A stretch of 64,000 nucleotides of DNA, taken from sequence record MZ779063.1; one strand, 5' to 3'. The translations under genes were made by a program, and so were the position numbers. The notes below the pieces were generated by a model, which made no database searches, was not told where the DNA came from, and saw nothing but the letters and a program-made list of their open reading frames with translations. Shown piece after piece: positions 56,101-64,000 of the stretch; position 1 is the stretch's first letter; each line of letters begins with the position of its first letter.

Positions 56101-59100
56101 CTATTTCAATTCTTCTAATAAACGGTCTAATTCTTTAGTAGATGCTAATGTATTTTTATCTATATTAGCTAACATTCTTACTAAATCATCTGAATACCAT
56201 AATTTTTCATAATCATAAGTATAACCAGAGTTACCATTTTCAATTTTAGAATTTTTATGATTGTTTACAATTTTATTATAATGGTTAGTTACTCGGTTTT
56301 TACCTTTTATAAATTCTTTATTCACATTTTCATTATTAATGACATTACTTTGTCCATTTTGATAATTGTTATTAACTGTTTTAGTATTTTTACTACCTTG
56401 ATTGTTAACAGCATTATTACCTCTATTAATATTAGAAAAACCACTATTAGCTAATGTTGGTAATTGGAATACCGGAGGATTTCCGATATTCTTATTATTA
56501 GTTATTTGAGATCTTGATTCTTGTGGTTTAGATGGCGATGCTGAAGAATCAGAACTATCTGAAGATTCTTCATCTCCAGAATCTTCACTTCCAGATCCTG
56601 ATGAACCTGATTCAGATTTCTTCTTACCGGCTTCAGATTTTTTCTTTTCTTGTTGTTCTTGATCGATCTTTTTAGCTTCTTCATAGTCAATACCGTATAT
56701 CTGAGCATAACGTTTCATTAATCTATCATTTAATTCTTCTTGCTCGTCTTCATCCATACGGTTATCATCACGACCAGTTATTGAACCATACCAAGTACCA
56801 TTTTTGAAACTATATTCTGAAGCTCCTGGACCTGATTCACTATTTCCTTCTTTATCATCTTCATCACTTTTAGAAGCAGAAGAACTAGATCCTCCTCCGC
56901 CAATAGTCTCTTTAATTGTACTTGCTAAAGCTTTCTTACCTTTACTATTCGGATGAACACCTAAACCATCATTTTCAATCATATCAGAACTGGCTTTACT
57001 ATTCCAGTCTATTACTTTTGAATCTGAACTTTCAATAGCTTTATTAGTTGCTTCAATAATATCAGAAATATCAGATCCTTTTCTCTTTTCAGGATCTACA
57101 TACGTATTAACAAAGTATACATCTGCTTTGTCATACATATCTTCTATTTCTTTAACATTACCTGTAGTTAATCCTCCATTAGTACCTAATTGCACTATAA
57201 TTGCATTTTTATCTTTATTGTATTTCTTTTTGTTGGATTCTAATACATTTTTACCATTAGGCGAAGGACCTCCACTTGAATAAGTTCTTGAAGGAACTGC
57301 ATTAATTTGAATTTTACTAACTGATTTTCTTATTTCAGAAGCAGCTCCTGCACCTATGGAGTCACCTACCATAAATACTTTATTGTAGGATTTACCTCCA
57401 CCGCCTCCACCAGTTACCGTTTTAGCTATTTTTCTAATGGCTTCAGGAGTATTACTGAATGGAAATCTATCTTTAATAAAATTATCAACTCGTTTTTTAA
57501 TCTTCTTAATATTGTATATATCTGAATTGTAAATCTTAGTTTTTTCTTTTTCTGCCTTTTCTTCAGTTTTCTTCTGATTATTTTCTAATTTATTTAAAAG
57601 AGCTCTATCATTTCTTACTTCTTTAGCTCTTTGTCTTTTAGCTTCTTTGACTTCTTGTGATTTATAACCACCGTCTACCATTTTTACAGTAGGATCAAAT
57701 GCAGCTCCACCTTTTTTACCTTTTTTAGATTTTCCAGCTTTACTACCTTTGTCTTCATCACTACCGCCTTTAGAACCTTTTAAAGGAGCTTTAATCCAAG
57801 GTGATGGATCTACAGAGTTTTTCTCCATAGCCCAACCGCCTGGTTTACCTTTATTTATTTGGAAGTGAAGGTGACCTGAACCAGCAGTATTAGCACCAGT
57901 GTTACCTGAGATTGCTATAACTTGTCCAATTTTAACTTTATCGCCCTTTTTAACTAATTGTTTAGTTAAATGCATATACGTACTATAGATGTTACCAGGT
58001 GATTTAACTTGAACAATATTACCTCCACCCGGATCGGTGTTTGATCTAATAACTGTACCTTCTACCATACATTTAACTTTTTGACCTGGAAGCATACCTA
58101 TATCAATACCATAGTGCTTTCCTCCGTTAAATGATAAACCAGAATAGTTACCATATGGTTGCCAAATCGCAGCACTTGGTATTTTTTTCATCCAAGCACC
58201 AACTGTGCCATCTGGTATTTGATTAATAGAACCAGGTACAATTTTCTTAGTATTCATATCTACTTCGCCAGCTTCACCTGAAACTTCAGGTTCACCGTCT
58301 CCACCAGAATCGCCACCACTGGAATTTTTCATTTTAGACATTGCAACAACCATTTCTTCCATTTTAACTAAGAAACGACTGAACCAATCTCCGATTTCTC
58401 CTTTACCATATTTAGAGAAATCAATTCCGCCTTTAGCTATTTGATACAAACTACCTAGAGGTGTACTCATGAACATATCTTTTTGAATATCTTCTTCAGC
58501 TTTTGGTCCTGATTTCATTTTATTATCAGTAATTGTTTTAAACATATCTCCACCAACTTTAGCTAGTGGGAACATAGGAGATGCTCTAAACATTAGTTTA
58601 GAAGTACTTAATATTAATCTACCTAAACCTGTTTGATCTTCAGTATGTTTTTCTTCTTTACTTTTAGCTTCATCTTCTATTTTATCACCAGGATGTTCAC
58701 CAATTCCGAAGAAACTACCTAATGTTTTAATAGGGTGTTTTAATGATTCAATAGGATGTTTAATAGTCTTGATAATATCAGGAGCCCACATTGCTGCACC
58801 AATTACTGGTCCAACAAATGGTATGAATGGTAATGCTGTTTTCAATCCTGCTTTTAATGCAAATTTTCCTCCAGCTTTCATTGCACCTTTACCGAATAAT
58901 TTATTTTTAGCTTTACCTATAGCACCAAAGGCTTTTCCTCCAAGTTTCTTAGCTCCACCAAATAAACCTTTACCGATAGATTTAGCTCTGTTAAAACCTT
59001 TAGAAGCAAATTTACTTATTCCTTTAGTTGCAGCTGAAGCATTCTTTTTATTAAATATTTTAGATATACCACTTTTAGCTACTTTCCCTATAGTTTTACC

Positions 59101-62073
59101 GGCACTTAATCCTTTTTTAACTAATCCTGCACCTTTACCTATAACCATTTTACCTAAAGATTTAACAGAAGGTAATTTATCTTTAGCAAATTTTCCAATA
59201 CCTTTAAATACATTACCTATTTTTTTAGGAGCACCTTTAATACCTCTAAATAATTTTCCTAATCCAAATTTTCCAGCTATATTTTTAATTCCGCCACCTA
59301 TTTTACCTAACATGCCAGGCATACTAGTAAAGAATTTACCTATTCCGCTTGGTAATAATTTAGATAATAATTTAGGTCCAAATTTAGCAGCTAAGAATCC
59401 TCCAGCACCCAACATTGCAGCGTTACCTAAGAATCCTCCAGCAGATGCTAAGAATCCTTTCTTACCAGGTTCTAGATCTTTTTTACCATTTTTACCTTTC
59501 ATTAATGAACCTAATACAGCTGCAGAAGTTCCAGCAAATAAAACTGGTCCCATTTTACTAAAATCAAGCATACCGTTCATCATTTTTTTAGCACCAATGG
59601 ATTTTTCAGCTTCTCCACCTTTTCCAAAGTTTATATTACCTCTAATGGATTCAGCAATTTCTTTTTTATTGGAACCTGTTATTTTAGACATAACATCTTC
59701 CCCAGATTTTCCTGCATCGGCAGTTGAAAGGCCTTGTTTCATTCTTTCTAAAGCTCCAGCATCTTGAGAATCTTCCATATCTTTTTTAATAGTTGGATCA
59801 TTGCCAAAAGCAGTTTTAACTAAATCGATTATTGTACTCTTAGCTTTCTTTTCTTTTTCCTCTCTAGTTAAATCATCTATTGTTTTGCTTGGTTCTTTAG
59901 TGTAAGTATCTTTATTAGCCTCATTATTATTAATTGATAATTTATTTAAACCAGGAATATTCTTCATTAAATCCATTAATGGATTATTATCTATAATACT
60001 AGATTGATTTATATTCTGATAAGGATATTCATCATCTTGATCTGGTTGAGTATTTTCTTGAGTTGAATTAACTCTACTAGATGCAGAAGAAACCATATCT
60101 TTAATAGCACTTGTAGGATTTTCTTTGTATTCTTTAGCTTTATTAACTGCATTAGAAAGACTATTTAATTTATCCATTACAGAAGCATGAGCTTCATTAC
60201 TTCCATTATTTCCACTTAGAATAGGGAAATTTTTACCTTTATCTATGATATTATTGATCGTATTAACTTTATTATTAATAAATTCTTTATTATTATTAAT
60301 ATTATCATTACTGAAATTATTGTCTAATTTTCTTTCTATTTCTAAGAAAATATTTTTAATTTCTTCTAAATCACTATTTTCCCAGTTAATATTACCAAAA
60401 TCTTTAATCTGATTAATATTATCATTATTATTAGATCTAGAATAAGTCGAATTAGATTTATTTAAACCTTCTATTTCAGTAAATGCCATTATTCTTGAAT
60501 TATCTTTTTTATCAAGTGTTTTTGAAATAGATTTCTTAATATTGAATAAATCAGTATTAAATTTAGCTGAATTCTTTTCAAACACTTCAGATAATGACTC
60601 AGTATTAACATTTATATTTTTCTGATTAACTATTTCTTTAAGTTTAGAAGTTTTTTGGATAGGTTTGTCTATTTTAGTTAATTCAGCTAAAACTTCTTTA
60701 GTTCTTTCTTCATCATTATCTAATTTAGATAATAATTCTTTACCTAAATAAGTATCTTTAAAATTAAATAAAGAATCTGATTTAATCTTATCCAAGTCTT
60801 TTTTCTTAGCCGAACCTCGATTTTCCCAAACGCCTTTTCGGTAATTATAGATACTACCTAATTCAGCATTATCTGCTAATCCGCCTGAACGACCTTCTTT
60901 TTTGGCTATCAAATTACCTTGAAGTCTAGATAAGAAGTCTGGTATAACTTTATTAATAGACGTATGAGATTCCATATCAAATTGAACAGGAGTATCTTTT
61001 TTACGTTTATTTTTTAGAGAAATACCGCCTTTACCATCACCTAATAACTCTTCTTTAAATTGATCTAATCTACCTGAAAGAGCATTTCCTAAATTAGATA
61101 TATACTTATTATCATTGCCAGTTAATCTTTCTAAACCTTTAGTAAGTTTACTATCTTCATCAAGATTTCTATTAATAAGCATAGAACCTATATTTTGTGG
61201 ATCAAATCTTTTATTCAATCTATTAAATATATTTTTATTATCGCCTTCAGGATCATAACCACCAATATCACCGTAAAGAAGTTTATTAAATGCAATTTTA
61301 GCTCCTTGAGTTGCAGCAAATTCAATAGGATTTTTAGCTACACCCATCAGCATTGATTTAAGTTGGTCTCCGGACATCATACCCATTAATAAATTTTCAG
61401 GATTAGTTTTCTCATCCAAATATTTTAATAAACTAATATTACCATTCAATATAGAATGTAATTTACTTTGTTTATTTCTTTTGGTATTTTCTTCCATTAT
61501 TGTATTTTGATATATACCATCCTGTATTGTACTTAAATTTGATAAAGCTGAATCTACGAGACTGTTAGTTGCTTGCATTGATAAAGAATAATTATTCAGT
61601 GCAATATTTGTTCCAACAAATCCTCTTTGATTTATCTCAGCTAAATTATTCATTGCTACTAGAGGTGAATTTGTTATTTTAGATTTCTTTTTATCTGATA
61701 AACTAACAATTTCAGATTTAGTCCCATCAGGATTATCAATATATTCTGTTACTGATTCATATTCAGGTTTTTCATTAGATAATTTTTCATTACTACTTGA
61801 AAAAAGATCATTTTCATTAGATTTATTTTTTAGTGTTTTTAATAAATCATTAGTAGAACCTTTAACTTCAGAAAATTTCTTTAATCTTCTTTCATCATTG
61901 TTGAATAATTTTAAACCTGAATCTCCCACTATAGCATCTAATGATGGATTAGATTTTATAAACGCATTAAAAAGAATACGACCAGTATTTTTAGAAGCAT
62001 TTTTAATGACAGTTGATTTATTATTATTTTCTAATTGTCTAATATTCTTTTTATTTCTATTATTTTTAGCCAA
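56101..62073 (-). CDS. Tape-measure-like virion protein B with M23 peptidase and SGNH (OatA-C-like) domains
   Basis: HYGID...YMHL...HLHF (M23, ~57800-58170); GDS...LGTNG...DW...DGLGVH (SGNH, ~56900-57390); FDMESH..VIPDFL block shared with protein A. Confidence 0.85.
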   Translation of the reverse strand: MAKNNRNKKNIRQLENNNKSTVIKNASKNTGRILFNAFIKSNPSLDAIVGDSGLKLFNNDERRLKKFSEVKGSTNDLLKTLKNKSNENDLFSSSNEKLSNEKPEYESVTEYIDNPDGTKSEIVSLSDKKKSKITNSPLVAMNNLAEINQRGFVGTNIALNNYSLSMQATNSLVDSALSNLSTIQDGIYQNTIMEENTKRNKQSKLHSILNGNISLLKYLDEKTNPENLLMGMMSGDQLKSMLMGVAKNPIEFAATQGAKIAFNKLLYGDIGGYDPEGDNKNIFNRLNKRFDPQNIGSMLINRNLDEDSKLTKGLERLTGNDNKYISNLGNALSGRLDQFKEELLGDGKGGISLKNKRKKDTPVQFDMESHTSINKVIPDFLSRLQGNLIAKKEGRSGGLADNAELGSIYNYRKGVWENRGSAKKKDLDKIKSDSLFNFKDTYLGKELLSKLDNDEERTKEVLAELTKIDKPIQKTSKLKEIVNQKNINVNTESLSEVFEKNSAKFNTDLFNIKKSISKTLDKKDNSRIMAFTEIEGLNKSNSTYSRSNNNDNINQIKDFGNINWENSDLEEIKNIFLEIERKLDNNFSNDNINNNKEFINNKVNTINNIIDKGKNFPILSGNNGSNEAHASVMDKLNSLSNAVNKAKEYKENPTSAIKDMVSSASSRVNSTQENTQPDQDDEYPYQNINQSSIIDNNPLMDLMKNIPGLNKLSINNNEANKDTYTKEPSKTIDDLTREEKEKKAKSTIIDLVKTAFGNDPTIKKDMEDSQDAGALERMKQGLSTADAGKSGEDVMSKITGSNKKEIAESIRGNINFGKGGEAEKSIGAKKMMNGMLDFSKMGPVLFAGTSAAVLGSLMKGKNGKKDLEPGKKGFLASAGGFLGNAAMLGAGGFLAAKFGPKLLSKLLPSGIGKFFTSMPGMLGKIGGGIKNIAGKFGLGKLFRGIKGAPKKIGNVFKGIGKFAKDKLPSVKSLGKMVIGKGAGLVKKGLSAGKTIGKVAKSGISKIFNKKNASAATKGISKFASKGFNRAKSIGKGLFGGAKKLGGKAFGAIGKAKNKLFGKGAMKAGGKFALKAGLKTALPFIPFVGPVIGAAMWAPDIIKTIKHPIESLKHPIKTLGSFFGIGEHPGDKIEDEAKSKEEKHTEDQTGLGRLILSTSKLMFRASPMFPLAKVGGDMFKTITDNKMKSGPKAEEDIQKDMFMSTPLGSLYQIAKGGIDFSKYGKGEIGDWFSRFLVKMEEMVVAMSKMKNSSGGDSGGDGEPEVSGEAGEVDMNTKKIVPGSINQIPDGTVGAWMKKIPSAAIWQPYGNYSGLSFNGGKHYGIDIGMLPGQKVKCMVEGTVIRSNTDPGGGNIVQVKSPGNIYSTYMHLTKQLVKKGDKVKIGQVIAISGNTGANTAGSGHLHFQINKGKPGGWAMEKNSVDPSPWIKAPLKGSKGGSDEDKGSKAGKSKKGKKGGAAFDPTVKMVDGGYKSQEVKEAKRQRAKEVRNDRALLNKLENNQKKTEEKAEKEKTKIYNSDIYNIKKIKKRVDNFIKDRFPFSNTPEAIRKIAKTVTGGGGGGKSYNKVFMVGDSIGAGAASEIRKSVSKIQINAVPSRTYSSGGPSPNGKNVLESNKKKYNKDKNAIIVQLGTNGGLTTGNVKEIEDMYDKADVYFVNTYVDPEKRKGSDISDIIEATNKAIESSDSKVIDWNSKASSDMIENDGLGVHPNSKGKKALASTIKETIGGGGSSSSASKSDEDDKEGNSESGPGASEYSFKNGTWYGSITGRDDNRMDEDEQEELNDRLMKRYAQIYGIDYEEAKKIDQEQQEKKKSEAGKKKSESGSSGSGSEDSGDEESSDSSDSSASPSKPQESRSQITNNKNIGNPPVFQLPTLANSGFSNINRGNNAVNNQGSKNTKTVNNNYQNGQSNVINNENVNKEFIKGKNRVTNHYNKIVNNHKNSKIENGNSGYTYDYEKLWYSDDLVRMLANIDKNTLASTKELDRLLEELK

Positions 62074-62106
62074 ACTTCAAATTCACCCCTAACATGATTT
62101 TCTTAA

Positions 62107-62118
62107 TACATATATGTT
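62107..62118 (-). promoter_or_regulatory. AR9-type late promoter motif
   Basis: AACA TATATG TA upstream of tape measure B. Confidence 0.6.
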
Positions 62119-62167
62119 TCTATCAGATTCATATAGATTAAATTAAAAGATAAAAAAAAAATAAAAT

Positions 62168-62219
62168 ATTCACCCTAACACAAATAATCCAATTAAGGAC
62201 TAAATGTGTTAGGGTGAAT
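62168..62219 (-). terminator. Long terminator hairpin, CCCTAA stem family
   Basis: 15-bp ATTCACCCTAACACA / TGTGTTAGGGTGAAT, internal loop, inner TCC/GGA, loop AATTAA; T tract on the minus strand. Confidence 0.8.
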
Positions 62220-62224
62220 TAATA

Positions 62225-62893
62225 TTATTTATTCTTGACTACATCTTGTATCTTATTCAATACACTATCTAAATTTTTAGTATAAACTAAATTAGTAAAT
62301 AATACATCTAATAAAAATACTATAGTTTTATGTGTAATGTAAAATAAATTATTAACTATTTTATCTTGTTCTTCTTCGCTAATTTCTTCTTTATCTTGAT
62401 GATATTTTCTATTAGGTAATGAACGTCTACTTAATCCCATATATTCAACTAAATATTCATTTAATTTCGTTTTAATATCATCAAGTCTATCATAATCACT
62501 AATACTCTTATCGTTAGCTAAAAGAAGAGTTTTGTTATAATCGATATTACTTGTTTGAAGAAATTTATTGTCCATATATTTACTTAATAATGTTGAATTG
62601 ATAGATATTAAGTAAAGAATAATGTCTAATAATTCTTTTGATGCATTATTAATATATTCAAACTTCTGAGACTGATTGTATTCAGGATTATTAGTAATTT
62701 GATTTATTTCATAATTAAATTCATGAATTTCTTCAACTATTTGAGGTATGAATCTATCTACCATTTGATGTAATTCCTCATTACCAAAATCGTAACGAGA
62801 AATTACATTTACATGATTTATATACATAGCACTTATATCTAATTCAATAGATTCTCTTTTCTTATAAAAATGTTTCATTGACAATTCCTCCAT
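62225..62893 (-). CDS. MazG-like all-alpha NTP pyrophosphatase
   Basis: IVEEIHEF ... KELLDIILYL fits the EExxE / ExxD metal-binding pattern; SD GGAGG. Confidence 0.6.
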   Translation of the reverse strand: MEELSMKHFYKKRESIELDISAMYINHVNVISRYDFGNEELHQMVDRFIPQIVEEIHEFNYEINQITNNPEYNQSQKFEYINNASKELLDIILYLISINSTLLSKYMDNKFLQTSNIDYNKTLLLANDKSISDYDRLDDIKTKLNEYLVEYMGLSRRSLPNRKYHQDKEEISEEEQDKIVNNLFYITHKTIVFLLDVLFTNLVYTKNLDSVLNKIQDVVKNK

Positions 62894-62907
62894 GTTTTTA
62901 ATTGGTC

Positions 62908-63825
62908 TTATCTAAAACGTTTTTTGTATTCTTCTTCATATTTAGCATTGATATCTGAGACTTTAATATCTTTACCATCATCTGTTTTAAAGTTATCTTT
63001 ATCAATTTCTTCACCTTTAATTACTTCTTTATCTTCATTTTCTACTTTAGCTACCATAGCAATATGAGGTGGTACAAATGATGCTTGTTTAACTGTTTCC
63101 ATTTTAGCATTATGAATACGACCTTTAATTAATTTACGAGAGAAATGTACATTTTTCATAGTTAATGTTTTACCTTTAACTAGTGCATTTTCTCTAAGTG
63201 CATCAATTTCATTAATAATATCACTTAATTCTTTTTTAGAATATCTATTATCTTCTAGATTTGCTACTAAGTCATTAATAAGTTCTTCTTTAGTATAAGA
63301 TTTCTCACTGAATTTTTTAACATTTTTCTTTCTACTAGTCATTTTCTTTTTACCAACCTTCTGATTTGATTTAGTTTTTGTACTTTGTTTCTTTTCTTTT
63401 AATACTGGATTCTTAACTTCTTCTTTAGTCTCTTCTTGCTTAGTTTCTACTTTATCCTCTTCTTGTTTAGTTTCTTTTTGCTTAATTTCTTTTGCTTTCT
63501 CTGGATTTAAACCTGAAGCTGTTACAGTTACTTTATCATAAGAACTTTCTGTTGGAATATCTTTAAGATTAATTTCAACATCTTTAAGTTCATCTGAATT
63601 GATGAAAATTTCTTTTTTATCATAATTAATCTTAATAACATCATCATCTTCAGGAATTAAAACTAAATTCTTTCTGTCATATTTCTCTGGAATAGTTTCG
63701 ATATCAAATGTAATTGTATCTCCTTCATATCCTTGTTCTTCTGATAATTTAATCTTAGCTGACTCTAATACAGTTAAATCCTCTTTTTCTTTTGTAACTT
63801 TCTTTCTTGTAATTGCCATATCCAA
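62908..63825 (-). CDS. HU/TF1-like DNA-binding protein with long N-terminal extension
   Basis: YTKEELINDL...SKKELSDII...LVKGKTLTM...IKGRIHN...FVPP resembles the HU fold (MTKxELI...GR.NP). Confidence 0.7.
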   Translation of the reverse strand: MDMAITRKKVTKEKEDLTVLESAKIKLSEEQGYEGDTITFDIETIPEKYDRKNLVLIPEDDDVIKINYDKKEIFINSDELKDVEINLKDIPTESSYDKVTVTASGLNPEKAKEIKQKETKQEEDKVETKQEETKEEVKNPVLKEKKQSTKTKSNQKVGKKKMTSRKKNVKKFSEKSYTKEELINDLVANLEDNRYSKKELSDIINEIDALRENALVKGKTLTMKNVHFSRKLIKGRIHNAKMETVKQASFVPPHIAMVAKVENEDKEVIKGEEIDKDNFKTDDGKDIKVSDINAKYEEEYKKRFR

Positions 63826-64000
63826 ATCTCTCCTTATATAAAATAATTTGAAGCTAATATTCTTACTAACTTCATTAAAATAATATATATTTATATTATT
63901 AATTGAAGTTTATAAATTTTTATTATTAGAGTTTTTCTATGATCCAGAGTATTAATATATTTTATTAATTAAAAATATATTTATTAATAATATTTATATT

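Noticed and set aside
58769-59767. 332-aa plus-strand ORF, plus similar ones at 50313, 51867, 53499, 54984 and 55680
   Set aside because: Antisense shadows of Gly/Lys/Ala-rich tape-measure codons (Pro/Leu/Phe-rich translations); no SD, promoter or recognisable domain.
1340-62219. CCCTAA/TTAGGG hairpin arms as telomere-like repeats or a CRISPR/REP array
   Set aside because: They are single dispersed inverted repeats at gene ends with T tracts, not tandem or regularly spaced; terminators explain them.
1-64000. tRNA, rRNA, tmRNA, CRISPR arrays, transposases, retron reverse transcriptase, portal protein
   Set aside because: No recognisable signatures seen by eye; tRNAscan-SE, Infernal and HMM searches would be needed to exclude them formally.

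Overview
This is a very AT-rich (roughly a quarter GC by eye), gene-dense segment of a contractile-tailed jumbo phage. It resembles the Bacillus AR9/PBS1 and staphylococcal jumbo (SA1/MarsHill/Machias-type) group, and the host is probably Staphylococcus (inference). It holds the virion core: T4-like major capsid protein, prohead protease, neck protein, large terminase, tail sheath, tail tube and baseplate proteins. It also has two giant paralogous tape-measure-like proteins carrying four cell-wall enzyme domains, two long tail-fibre proteins and a holin cluster. Non-structural genes include a class Ib ribonucleotide reductase cluster (nrdH-nrdI-nrdE-nrdF), a split RNA polymerase beta-prime C-terminal fragment, RusA, a MazG-like NTP pyrophosphatase and an HU-like protein. 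Non-coding features: 11 correctly oriented AACA-N6-TA motifs (the AR9 non-virion RNAP late promoter consensus, hinting at uracil-substituted DNA), a terminator family with a conserved UUAAUU loop, and a ~300-nt structured ORF-free region. Top leads: (1) an OatA-C-like SGNH esterase domain in one tape-measure protein, paired with a lysozyme domain in its paralog, suggesting a virion-borne counter to peptidoglycan O-acetylation; (2) a 78-aa module almost invariant between these otherwise diverged paralogs; (3) candidate ncRNA and leaderless peptides. All family assignments come from motif recognition by eye; no database search was run. No tRNA, rRNA, CRISPR array, intron or intein was recognised.
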